From assembly GCF_040938485.1 (NCBI RefSeq), contig NW_027270975.1, positions 1,116,001-1,180,000 on the forward strand: DNA of 64,000 nt. Direction: 5' to 3'. The DNA is from Diadema antillarum (lineage: Eukaryota). A model generated the notes under the pieces. That model ran no database searches. It was not told the DNA's origin and saw only the letters and a list, made by a program, of their open reading frames with translations. The position numbers and the translations under genes are program-made. Positions 1-12,382 of the stretch are shown in pieces (the first letter of the stretch is position 1; each line of letters opens with the position of its first letter).

Positions 1-1060
1 CCGCTCTAAAATTTTACAAGACGACATAAATTTTAACAATTATATTGCAACCATGACGAAGGCCGACGACCAGCAACAAAGTAAAAAGGTAAACCTGGTA
101 TTAAAATACACAGATTTGATTCAATGACGTGTCAAAGAACACAGAAATCAATGTATTCTATGAAGCTACAAAAATGACAGAAGTCAACGGAGTTTAACAA
201 AGAAAGACAACCAGCTGAAATAAGTATAAGAATGTTAGTCTAGTTCCCGTTTGGAAATCGGACAAAATCTCTCCACCTGAAGCTTAACAATTCATTCGAT
301 AACAGTCAAGTTTCCTTACAAGTCGTCGTAGCTACCATCAACCATCTTAGTGACCAATTCTTCGCACTTGGCCGTGAAAGAGAGTTTCGTATTTTACCGA
401 AACCAAGACATCATCTCCTGAAACATAATGGCAAGTGAAAACATTCGCATAATTTTCTTTTTGCGCTAGTTTCTGGTTGCGCACAGTGGGTGAAAAAAAT
501 CCGCCTTTACAGTAAGGTTAAAAGGCGAATGCAGCTGACATTTTTGGTATGTTGACAACATGAAATCAATATCCCTTTTTTAGCATAACAAACAATGAGA
601 ACAGTCAGCAGGGATTGACAGCTGAAACAAGTTCTGCAGTCGAATTCCCGTTTGAACGCTGGACAGAATCTCTCCGCCCGCTCTATAATTTTACAAGACG
701 ACATAAATGTTAACAATGATTACAACCACGCGAAGGCCGACGACCAGTTGAAGTAAATGCCGCAACAGAATAAATAGGTAAACACGTTGTTAAAATACAA
801 ATATTTGATTCAATGTTGTGTCAAATAACAAAAAAAAAAATCAATGTATTCTACAGCAAAAAATATGACAGAAGTTGTCGGAGTTTGACAACGAACGGCG
901 ACCATCAAATAAGTTTTGCAGCGATGGTCAAGTTTTCGTTTGTAAACCGGACAAAATCTCTCCGCCGTGTTTCCTACGCGTAAAGACAAGATAATACAAA
1001 TTCAATGTCTATCGACTGCGGTCAAGTCTCCTTTCACATCGCCGTAACTACCATTTGCAC
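1..1060. repeat. Diverged tandem duplication (period ~680 bp) with a third partial unit; runs off the left edge of the window
   Basis: CCGCTCTA(A/T)AATTTTACAAGACGACATAAAT at 1 and 678. GGACA(A/G)AATCTCTCC(A/G)CC at 260, 661 and 949. The GTCAAGT(T/C)TCCTT..GTA(G/A)CTACCAT block recurs at ~307-340 and ~1021-1053. Confidence 0.8.
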
Positions 1061-1199
1061 AAAAGACGGAAAGTCAGCCTGTTATTCACAATTATCTATA
1101 GCAGCGAGAATACTTTTTTTTTCTCATGAAAACACAAAACTTCCCATTCATTATCGTACTCGGCATTGCGAATCATATCACCCAGCGGATTAGCTGTAG

Positions 1200-1700
1200 C
1201 CACGCGTTTTGGACGTTGCTCGACGCTGGAACAGAGACGGAATTTCGGTGGTACAGTAATGGTAATTCGTCGGGACGATATGCGACGTTTTAGATCACAC
1301 GGATAACAGGCTTTATGCTGTGACAAGTTAAGCTGAACAGAACATAAACTTGAACACGAACGGCATTGAAACGAAGCCATATAGTCAGAACGTCTCCCGA
1401 CGGTTGAACAATGATTCGTCGGGAACGATATGCGACGTTTTTAACAAAAGAAACGCAAGGCACAATAGAAGCCGAACTTTGAAAATAGCTAGTAAGTCGG
1501 GACGAAGAGCGACGATTAGTGAAAGGGAATCCTTTCTCTATCGTCGCTTATCGTCGGGACGAATAAACAAAGGTATGAAAAGAAAGTACGTGTATTCATA
1601 TGCACGGTTGCTTATTCATATGCACGTGACGCCTGTTCATATGCAAATCATCAAACGTGCACAATGCGACATCGTCGCGACGAAGATATCTCTCTATCAG
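1200..1700. other. CpG-rich block of short direct and inverted repeats; probable subterminal region of an unidentified transposon
   Basis: GTCGGGA(A)CGA at 1269, 1418, 1496 and 1553; hairpin 1508-1548; TTCATATGCA at 1595, 1615 and 1636; GCGAC-ATC-GTCGC hairpin near 1665-1677. No TIR or TSD could be identified. Confidence 0.45.
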
Positions 1701-1805
1701 GTTTTTCTGTGGTGCCTTAGTGAAGTAAATATTTCATAACAGGGTGGGTACTGAGCAGGTGAAACATTGGTATAAGGATCATCCTTGTTGAGAATTATCA
1801 TGACT

Positions 1806-2017
1806 TACTGTAAAACATGATATATTCGTGGCATGAATTTTTCTCCGAATTGGAACCGACAGCCTTTTTTGTGGCATGAAATTTTCGCGAAGTGCCACTG
1901 GCGTTCAATGCATATAGTGTAAACAAGGACTTTCGCGTGCATTTTAATTTCGCGAATCTTGGTGCTCGCGAAATTTGCGAAATTAAAGTGCACGCGAAAA
2001 TCCCTCGTTTTACAGTA
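1806..2017. mobile_element. TA-flanked MITE (Tc1/mariner-type TSD)
   Basis: Termini TACTGTAAAAC ... GTTTTACAGTA form a perfect 11-bp inverted repeat including TA. CpG-rich interior with TTCGCGAA motifs; shares GCGAAATTAAAG.CACGC with 32551-32794. Confidence 0.85.
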
Positions 2018-5000
2018 TACAATTTGTAATGATTAAAAATTGTAGTTGGCATAGCAGTGATGTAGCAGGTGTCAGAGTGGCTTGCTGTGTGTTTTATGTA
2101 TGGTCAGGGGAAGGAAAACAAGTATCGATGGAGGTCACATAACAATTAGAAAGAAAAACAATTCTATGATAAATATTTTCATAGCAAAATGTCACAGTTA
2201 GCGTGACACACAGGGTTAGCAATATATGAGTGTTTAAAATATGTTTAGCCGACTTTTGGCAAGTTGCCTTGCAAATTTACCATAATGTGGTGATTTTCAA
2301 CCAGCAGTGTGAATGGCTGTACACGGTCTGAAACACACAGGCAAAAGCCAGATTCATGTGTTGCAGTCAAATTCATTGTTACTGACAGTGGATAATTCCT
2401 TCAATTGTTGATTTTATGATCTGCAGTATTTGAACCTTACAATAAAAATGTTGAACTTTGTCACCAGATTAAACACTATGGAACTCTCTTTTGAATCATA
2501 TCAGATACTTAGATCTCATTCAAGAGAGATGTCGTGACCTCAGCTCTCTAAGTGCTCCAGTTTCCGGTGTAGGTATATAAAACTTAGTAAGTTGTTAGTC
2601 ACAAGCTGTTTACTGGCTTTCACTTGATATGGTTGACAAGGATTGGTTATGATTCTGTTTGGTTAGGATCCTTAGTACCACTCTTAAACTGAAATTAATC
2701 ATTGTATTCATATCAGCAGAGTCATATGTATAATGTAGGTGCTTGTAATATTATGTGTCTATGGAAAGGTATTTGTCTTGTTGAAACTTGAGCCTAGAAG
2801 AGGAGACATTTTGAGTGACAACAATAGTATGAGAGAAGACAAAAGGTCAGTATGTAAGCAAATCAGATGAATTTTCATGAATTTACCATCAAAATTTTGG
2901 CCATGAATTTTGTGTCTAACTTGGTATCTTTAAGCAGCAAAACAAACAAATGAGTATAGTAAATAGCCAAAATAGTCATTCAGCAATAAAATTTTACTTT
3001 TGCATCATTACCTTTTCTTACGTGTGATGTGTCACTCTAGTGTCGCTGATCTCTTCCTTTTTATTTCATTCCGATATACATATATATATTTTTTTTTTCA
3101 TGTCACCTTTGTCACTTGGGCAAACTTGCATGAAGTCACTACATCTAAATATATAGTTTTGAACAGTTTACCAGATTAGATTGTGTGATGTGTATGTGCT
3201 AGCTGAGCCTTGGCTGCTAATCTTGTGAGGAAACTCGGCAGAAAAATCAAATCCAGGTAACGGAGGAATATTTATCATGATTGGAGTTTGTTTGTCACTT
3301 GACAGATCCTTTCTTTGTAGATTCACATATATGATATAAAAAAATTGTTCTAGCACTTTGCTGAAAAACCTGAACCCTGCTCCCAATCCAGTGTACATCC
3401 TTTGACCTCATAGAGAGTTTAGCACCAAACCCCAAAACAAAACCTCTCTTCCTCATAGTTCCCATGACCATGCATCCATCCACGGCTCTCAATCCAATTT
3501 ACAAGGCGCTGTTGTCAAAGGTTTCAGCCCTCATCTAGAAGGCATCATGGGGGAGGGTGAAGGTGTCAATGATAACCGACCCTCCTCTTGGTTGACAGGC
3601 AGTACCTGCTTCCCTCATGACATTCATCCTGTTCTGCCCCCTCCATCCCTCCTTCCATTGTATATTATTCATTCTTCCTCACTTAATATTCAGGTAGACT
3701 TTGGCTAGTAGAGTGAAATCAAACAGAGGAATAAGAAAGAATTTTGGAATTAAAGTTTTGTGGAACGATGATATTGATCACGATCATATCAGCAAAGAAG
3801 GCAAAGTGAAGGCTCATTCCTGCACAACTTTCTGATTGCTTTGTGCACAAAAACAATAGAATCAGTCATCATGATATTGTCTTTCAAGCATTTTCTAACA
3901 TGTTTTCGATACTGCAATAGGATGCACAATTATTGACTGACTTTTTTTCTGAAATCCCTTCCGAATACTGAAGGCTACCTTTAAGCAAGCTTTATTAATA
4001 AACTGTCCTCATGCTTCATAAAGTACATTGACCTACTTCCCCTGACTGTTCGCCATCCTGTCTGTCTGTCTACTTTCAACCTGCTTGAATGGTTCAGTAA
4101 TAAGATGCCTCATTGAGTCCTCAGCCTAATGTGGACTTAAGCGATTAGAACCATAATCACCCAACTTCGCTCTCCTTTTAGCACAACCCCTTCCCCCATT
4201 CAAGGCTATTGGAGCTAATGTTCAGTTCTAGGGATTTATTTTTCTTCATGTTAATATCATTTCCGAGTCATTAATGCAGCTTATGGAGTATATCTTTGCA
4301 AACTTTTTGTCAAAGGGAAAGCTTTTAATAAATATCCTTGAACCATGCAGTGAAGTGCACAGAGATATCGAGCCATTTATTCATCCTTCCTTCCAAATCA
4401 TCATTTTGTCCAACAATAATTAGGTTTATTTTGAAAGGAAAAAAATTATCTCAAACTAGCATTTATAAACAAAATGAAACTTTTTCTTTGGCTTCTCAGG
4501 ACCGGTGCACTTTGCTACATTTAATCTGAATTATGGCTACTTTATCAAATTCAAGAGCAAGAAAAGGACAGAGTTAGAAAGACATTATATAAAACCACTT
4601 TACCCATTCTATGTGTTTTGACTAATCTGTCTGATTCATAACAGCTTGAAAAAAGGGGAAGCATTTGTTGAGGATCATATTTAGATAATTAACTTTATAT
4701 CATATTAGGAAAATTCCTGAAATGACTTTGCTTTACCAGTATTTTGTTCCAAAAGCTAGGAAGAAAAAAATCTTGTGTTGCTCCAAGGAATTGTAGGTTG
4801 AGTCTTGATACTGATTGACATTTACAACAGGCTTACCAGTGAATGTGTCATATTGGGTGCAAGCAGCAGCTTGCATGGTACTGCTGCATTTTCAGCAATG
4901 CTGCCATCTTTTGGCAAGATGTAAACAGGCATCCAGTCCCTTGTGCATGTTGTTGATTTATAAATCCAATCACAGCTGATTGCAAATTTACATTGCTAGT

Positions 5001-5059
5001 TGTAAATACAAATACCTCTTCTCTAGCAAGGACAGTCAATCACAATGGACAGATTGGTG

Positions 5060-5117
5060 TATAATAACCAATATAATAACCAGTATAATATATATATAAT
5101 AACCAGTATAATAACCA
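5060..5117. repeat. Short minisatellite TATAATAACCA(A/G) x4
   Basis: Four copies of TATAATAACCA read directly. Confidence 0.8.
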
Positions 5118-5804
5118 AGAGAACTGGTCTTCATTTACTGGGAAAAATTCAGTTATGGAATGATTTCATAAAGAGAGCCTGTAATGGAGCTATCATTAAG
5201 CTTTATTGCAGCAGGTGTTTTCAATATGCATGTTTGAAGTTGATTAGTGGGAAAGCCAATGTCTTTGTATTCAAATTAATATGTAAGCATGCATTATTTT
5301 TCCACACTTTTTTGTTGTTGCATAACTACCACAAAAACTCTAAAGCTTATGAATAGGTTGATTGTACCTTTATTAATTGATAAGTTGGATCCTATTTCAC
5401 AAAGAGTTGTGTCTCATTAATTTGTGTGAGAATCCATCTTTAACCCTGAGTACTGAAAATCATGCTACATTTCAAAAGAGTGACTGACTTTAGATGCAAA
5501 TTTTTAATCACATGAAGAGGAAGGGAGAAGGAAAATGACACTGAACACGAATTAGTGAAATGGATGGTATCAGATAGACATTTTCACTTTGATTGACCAC
5601 ACAAAGTAGAATGACATCTTGTTATATTATAACATTTGGTAGAAAACTTTTTTTTTCCATATTTTTTTCATACATGATATACTCATACAGAGGTAAAGTG
5701 GTAGATACTGAGCTCTAGTCTGAATAAATCCAAAAGTCCATGAAAATACTTCCAAACTTCTCCTTATGTGTGACATCAGGCAAAGGTTCAGCATCAGAAC
5801 ATTA

Positions 5805-6856
5805 GGCGCATTTACACCTACTAACAGCACGATTTTTAATATCGCGATATTTTGGTTCCACCGTTTACACTTGCACAAAAGCATGCGAAGTTTGAGCTTC
5901 ACGAAACATCGAAATTTTTTGGTCGGTAGTGTGCATGTGTAATTTACCTCTCTTCAACACGGTGTAGACGAGTGGAAGCATGGGCTATTCGTATTCACTG
6001 CAGTGCAGTCTATTTTGCTCACAGCTAGCTAGCTGGTTGGAACGTTGAGCCAGGGCTTTTTATCAATCCAATGCACACATAAATTTGTGTTTCTTGAGAG
6101 TGTAAAACTTACGGTAAATAGCTTGCTATATTAGATCACATACGTAGCAGGTGTGTAAAACTTCAGCTTAGTATGGGAAAGTTGACGAAAGTAGCATTCA
6201 GGAGGATCATGAAATTTCGCCGATATGTTGAAAGTGAGAAGTAGGTTCGTTTTTTTGGAACTCAGCATTGTTTTTAATACCGACACTTGTTACGTACTCC
6301 TGTATTCCACAAAATCAACGTATACCGAGAGCAGTATGGGCACTCCCAAGATCAATGCATTTGTCTGGCAGAACATTATTTTGTTAAGTCGTTATGGGGT
6401 GATGATACGTGGTTGAAGAACTTCAGGTTTTTTGCTAGTTTTCATATACAATATAGTTTCATCAGGGAGGTGAGAGACCACGAGCCAAGGATCAGCCGTT
6501 TCCCATGTACAGCATGTACCCTGTACCAAGGAGTCACTCACTTGTAACTCCTTGCCTGTACTCTGGTCAGCGGCCGACGTACTACCTACATGTTCCACGG
6601 TCGGGAGCGCGCGTAAATTCCCGGTGCAATCTGATACCGAAAGTCACATGATAAAAAATCGCGCTATTTCTGAAGCTTGGGGTTACACTCGCTAAACTTC
6701 GCCTCAAACATTGCGATGTTTCGAAAAATCACACTCCGGCTGGCGATTTTTCTGGCGATGTTTCGAGGGTGTTTGGGTGTAGTTGCTTGGCAACTTGAAC
6801 CAAAATGTCGCGATTTTAGAAAAATCATGATTTTTCCAAGCAAGTGTAAATGGGCC
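5805..6856 (+). mobile_element. Non-autonomous DNA transposon, PIF/Harbinger-like, copy 1
   Basis: Imperfect TIR GGCGCATTTACAC ... GTGTAAATGGGCC, flanked by TTA and TAT (TA or ATT duplication possible). Colinear with 59416-60454. Palindromic ATCGCGAT-type subterminal motifs; no transposase ORF. Superfamily is inferred from TIR style. Confidence 0.85.
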
Positions 6857-7399
6857 TATTTGAATGTTTTGATTCCCATTGGAGTTAACAGAATGTAAAA
6901 ACCACATTCCTGCTTTATCTTAGCAATCAAAACTCACTGTTACTCAGTGAAGACTTGTCGTGGGCAAGGCAAATGTCATGGATATACCCTTTATGATGTA
7001 TTATGCAATTGCATGTCTGCTCAGTTGCACAAGTTGATTTATTTTTGGTACTTGTCTGGAAATTTACCATCAATTTATCTCTATCACCATGACAACGAGT
7101 GTTTCCTGGTTGTCTAGGCTATTTGTAGCCAGTTGTCTTGACATTCAATAATGCCAAACTTGCACTGTCTTCTGAATATCCTATATCTCTCAGAGCTGTC
7201 TTTAGTGGAAATGAAAAAAGTCACCTTTAGTAATTTACACTGAGATTTACAACCAACAAAATTGTCGGCTTGTTTGCTTTCAAATAAGAATATTCCTATC
7301 CGGTCATTATCTATATTGTGAAGTTTCACTTGTAGCTGTGAATAACTTGCTACTGCACAATGTTATAACTATCACTACTCTTTGTTACCTCCAATGCAC

Positions 7400-7718
7400 G
7401 TACACCATTTTTTTTTTTCCTTTCCCATGTCCCACTTGTTTTTTGTTTTTGTTTTTTTTATTCCAGCTTTACCTTCTGAAATACATCACTTTCACATTAA
7501 AAATATCTACATAGTGTTTTATATTCTTTGGGACCTTGTTCAACATGCTGTGCTTTATTTAGGTCCCTCACAACATTCAATGTAGAAACCTGCTTCAATT
7601 TTGTAACTGATACACTTATATGTACATGTGCCCATGACATGTACATGTATGTGTAAATGCTAGCTATGTGAGTGTTTGGGAAAATAAACTGAAACTGAAA
7701 ACTGAAACTGAATCTGAA
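7400..7718 (+). mobile_element. Probable LINE 3' end remnant (T-rich UTR, stem, polyA signal, (CTGAAA)n tail)
   Basis: GGGACCT (7530) ... AGGTCCC (7561) stem; AATAAA at 7683 directly followed by CTGAAACTGAAAACTGAAACTGAATCTGAA. No coding remnant seen. Confidence 0.4.
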
Positions 7719-8309
7719 TTTGAAGGATGTGGCAGCTCAACCACTTTGGCTGTTTGAGTATAGCAATGGTGTCCTTTTCACATAGAAAACTTAGTGCTTT
7801 TTTTACTATATCATTTGTTCTTTCTCATGAAACAAGCAGACTAGCACACAAAAATGCACTTTAAACAAATATCAACAGAAATCCTCGCAATATATTAGTA
7901 TTGTAGAAGTGGAAACTTTAACTCACTTGTCTTTTCCTTGCTTGGCCAATTTCAGTCATCCTGATAAGTGTATGACATCATCTGATACTAAAAAAGTGGA
8001 ACATTTAGTGATGTGGAAGTTTACATGGATTCTGTGCCCAGAAAAACAGCAGAACTTGAATAAAACAGGATTTCTTTTTATGAGATATCAATATCTTTAA
8101 TAATGGGAATATGCTCTTCTGCCAAGAAATGAGCAGGTGAAATTCACTGCAATTAGCCCAGTGGGGAAAATCAGTGCAAGGAAAGATTCCACTTTTTTTA
8201 CTACTGGTTCTTCATTTGGGCATAAAATTCATAAAAATGTCCACATGGTGAAATATTCCAGATTTACAGTATCTAAAGGATGTTCCATATTGAGTGAGCA
8301 AACTTTTAA

Positions 8310-8395
8310 CCCGTTGAGGATGGGCTGATTTTGCTACAACACACATTTCTCATAGACACTTGCCCGAGTATACTTGGGGACTCGTCCTCAATGGG
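8310..8395. mobile_element. 86-bp piggyBac-like MITE, copy 1
   Basis: TTAA|CCCGTTGAGGATG ... CGTCCTCAATGGG|TTAA, i.e. TTAA TSD with CCC/GGG termini. Homologous to 18227-18311. Confidence 0.85.
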
Positions 8396-10470
8396 TTAAA
8401 AGGAATTAAGCAAGACTTTTGATTTTTGATGTCATATGTTATGAACTTCATAGCTTTCAGAGAGCAGTTTATGCATGCTAAAGAATAAGATGTCATGTGT
8501 GTCATTCTTTTAAAGTTCATATAAATATCCCCATCACTTTCATGTACAAGCCATGGAAAAAATCCCATCTATTAAAAAAGCGATACTCTGTTATTAAACT
8601 CTGATGGTCTGTGTGTGTGAATGGAATAACTTCCTATTCTAGAAGTGTATGGCATATGTACATGGACTTTTATAGGGAATGCAGAAATATCAGCAAAAGA
8701 TGTCATTAAAGTTAGAGGAAAGTTTGTTTAGAAGTTTTTAATTTTTATCCACAATCCATGTGCCAGCATCATTGGATAAGAAGTCCACAACAACACCTGA
8801 TGTCAAAGTCTATGAATGGTGATGGTGGCAGCAAAACTTCACTGGCTGATTTGTTTTTGCAATATGGTTTCATACACTGTAGCTAAAACAAATTTTGGGT
8901 AAATTCTCCTGTAAGAACTATTACTTAGTTTTGGACTTCAAGCAAAACTTTGGAGATTATCATTCTAGGAAAGATTCTGAATCATTTAATTTCTCCATTC
9001 TTTTCCTACACTCTTTATATTTCCAGAAAAAAACCCCACTTAGATTATAGGATTGAATGTTAAAGGGATGCAAATAAAATGGATGGATCACACCATCAGA
9101 AGTGAATTGCCTGCCGTCAAATATCGGTGTGCACTGTGCTGTGACTCTTTAAAAATTGTTCTGACACCTTCAGGAAAGTACAAGAGTGGGTTCAAGGCTT
9201 ATTTTACACTTAGGAATATCATAATTGAGGCCACGTTCCCTCACATTACAGTCAATACTTGGGTGCCACTAATGGCGAAGCTATTACACAAACCATCAAG
9301 GTATGGGGTTAATGGCTGGTGTGTTTACATCATGATTAGCAGAATATGGTGGAATATGCTGTACGAGTGTTCCTGACAAAGTTATGTTTCATATGGATGT
9401 AAACACCTCATTCCAGTAGCGTAGTGTCAGAATGATGATACCATAATGATTTCCAACGATTCTTCTGCATTAAAGTATGTGCATATTTAACACATTTTAG
9501 GGGCCTGTAATTTATGTACTGGGTAATTGAGATATCAAAGGCTTTGTGGCTGTGACTGGCAATCTCACTTCCACTCTCCTTGTAAAAAACTTGACTCAGA
9601 TACAATTGATTAAATACCATTTTTGTTGTTGTTGTTGTTGCTAAAATGGAACCTATGGGTTCTCAAAATCTATCTTACAATCATTCTTTCAAAATGTGGT
9701 ATCATGTGCGAGTACCATTAGATAGCAGGCTGTTGAAAGTGAGGCATTCTTTTGACTTAATGAGAACATTTTGTTTTTATGTCTTATTAGTATGATGTGC
9801 GCAATCAGTGAACTACTTTTTAGCAGCCAGTTTAAAAATGGTGGAATTGCATGTTTCTGATAAGATACAATGAGAATCAAGTCAAGTGTAAAATTGCTGA
9901 TTTTCTTTTTGTTTTTAATACAAACTATGCAGTTGTCTGTCAGCCTTATTTTCTCTTGCATTGCTACAGAGAGTATGTGCCATGTTCTGGCTTGAATCAA
10001 GTGAGATATTGCCAATCTAGTATTTTATTAACATGGTTTCAGAAAATTGTCTTGGTTACAGAGGGCTAGAATAGTGATATTGATTGTGAGTGATCAGAAC
10101 CAAGAGCCTTACATAGCCTGGTCTATTCCCCCCTCCTGCACTTTAGAAATCTGGACTGACCTTGAAATATTTTTGGTATTCAGCATATCAAACATCTCGA
10201 TATCAAGAATATAACCTGAGAGAATCTAGTAATCTCGGTGGATTGTTGGATTTTTTCCACAAATACACAGCAGCGAAGAGTGTTCCATACAAGTGTCATT
10301 TTTTTTTTTGTATCAAATACCAGTATCCTGTGCCTTATAGTCATCCCCATTAAGTTAGTAGATTATTAACAAGCTTGTCTACTAATTAACCCCCTTACAC
10401 CCACCACCTTAAAATGCTGTTCACATTGTATATAAACAGGTTGATGAAGTTCACCCATTCCTTCCCAAAA

Positions 10471-10780
10471 GAGCTTATCAGTGTACGTCAGCGACGACCA
10501 GGGCTACGCTGTACTGGACTGACACTCCATGTTTCCAATACTCACCTCAAGATGTATGGGGATAGAGCCTTCTCTTCTGTTGCACCACGTCTGTGGAACT
10601 CGCTACCAGTTCAGCTTCGGAATTGCAGCAGCCTCAATACATTCAAGTCTGCACTGAAGACTCATCTTTTCCGGCAACTTTGTGAATGATGTGTGACACT
10701 TTTTGGGAGCTGGGCGCCTTTGAATGTTTCTAACAGATTAATGGCGCCATACAAATGCTGTTTCATCATCATCATCATCA
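10471..10780 (+). mobile_element. 5'-truncated L2-clade LINE: C-terminus of ORF2, 3' UTR and (CAT)n tail
   Basis: Translation ..LKMYGDRAFSSVAPRLWNSLPVQLRNCSSLNTFKSALKTHLF.. matches the typical L2/CR1-group ORF2 C-terminus. Followed by a GGCGCC...GGCGCCATACAAATG UTR and CATCATCATCATCATCA. Confidence 0.9.
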
Positions 10781-11149
10781 AAATGTTGACGGGGGAAAGG
10801 GAGGACATGTACTGCTTGACTGCTTTGAACAGGCGGATTACCAACCTGTCTGTTCTTTGACAATAGGCAGAAAGAATCTGGTTTGGGGGCATTTAGAGTA
10901 TGAAATGTATTGCAGAAGAAAAAAAATGGGTTAATCACAATGTAATGGGTAGAAGAGCCACATGCAACATTATCCAAAACAGCATTTTACCTCCAGACCA
11001 TAGAAGTTTTGATCTGTTTTTCGTTTCATTTGCCTCAATTGACGTCTTCTTGCATAAATCATGAAATGTATGCAGGTGTTGTGAGCAGCTCCAGTGTTTG
11101 TAGTGATGCATCTTTTGAGGGTACTAATTGTTGTAACTGCATGTACACT

Positions 11150-11361
11150 TACAGTGGACTCTTGGTATGAAGGATACTAATGAAACAAATTTATAATATT
11201 TGTTTGTTTTGTTTATTTCTGGCGCAGAAGATAATTTTTTCCCAAAAAATCTGATATAGCAAAATTTTGATATTAGATAATGATCTCACTGGTCCTAACT
11301 GACTTTATTTCTCTATCCCTGACATAATACTTTATTTCCTTCATTACAACTGTTCACTACA
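11150..11361. mobile_element. Degraded TA-flanked (Tc1/pogo-like) MITE
   Basis: TACAGTGGACTCTTGGTATGAAGG at the left end pairs loosely with CCTTCATTACAACTGTTCACTACA at the right end. Heavily eroded. Confidence 0.35.
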
Positions 11362-12350
11362 TTTTGAACTGGTATAAATGAAGATGGATTTTAAGAAACC
11401 AATCACAAAATCACAGTGATTGAATGATGTAAATCTTTCGCCTTCTCAGGCTGGTATGTGATTTATTAAAGCAGAGGCATGAACCAGCAAATGTTACATG
11501 CTATTCAAAAATCGTGAAAGTATATTACCAATTCTTTTATAAACCTTTGAACATCTTAGAAAACTGTGTTGATCACCCTTGCAGTTCTTGATATCATTTC
11601 GCAGTGAATTTAGTAGTGTTTGTAAGAAAGAAAATTGATACAATTTCAAAGTCACCCTGTGTTCATCAAATGAATGCTAGAATGTTTAATATGCTATTTT
11701 GGTATCACTCCAGGTGAAAAATAAAGTCATTGCTTTTTGCATGTAGCTCATATGTGCACTTGATATTTCCCTTGAGCGTTCTATTTCAAGTATATTTTCA
11801 TCCTGTCTGCTCTTATGTGTTATTTTATAGGCATCATTTTCTATGTCAGAGCTATTTCTAAGCACAAAAATATCAAGAAGCCGTCTTTGCTACTTTAGTT
11901 TCTTTCTTATTCCCCTTTCTTTATGGCAAAAAAGATGTATATAATATACAATTCTGAATCAGAAAAAATGGGAATGGTGTTTTACTTGAATTATGAGTCA
12001 TCTCTCTAACTTCAAAAGAGCCGGTGATGTTTTTTCTCTTTACTGGTATTGGTCCTAAGCCCCCCTTTTCTTCTCATTGTCAAGCTTACATCCTCTTGTG
12101 ATGTACCCCTGGCTATGAAATTTCTCTGCTGATATTGTTACTATGCATTGTAAGTGGTGCAGCCAATCTTTCTGCTCTTGCTCCATTCTTTTCCTTTTAT
12201 TTCTTTTTTCTCTCTCTCTCCCTTTCCCCTTTTGCTTGTCGATCTGAATGTATGACTCCCTTTCCTTTCAGTTTTTCTGTTCTCTCAATAGAAGCCAAAG
12301 GCAATGTAGGTTTGTCCAACACTTGTATGCCTGCTGATGTAGGAAGTTTC

Positions 12351-12382
<32 letters not shown>

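Noticed and set aside
1-1700. CRISPR-like array suggested by the recurring short motifs
   Set aside because: Repeats are diverged, irregularly spaced and embedded in larger duplicated units; no cas genes and a eukaryotic context.
5627-5902. Shared peptide KLKLRMLL.KCK..NQNI.ILKIVLLVGVNA with ORF 59214-59633, suggesting paralogous genes
   Set aside because: Explained entirely by the two copies of the non-coding Harbinger-like element.
11450-11453. 4-nt microexon CTTCTCAG|GCTG|GTATGT
   Set aside because: Not frame-preserving and no supporting context; probably chance.
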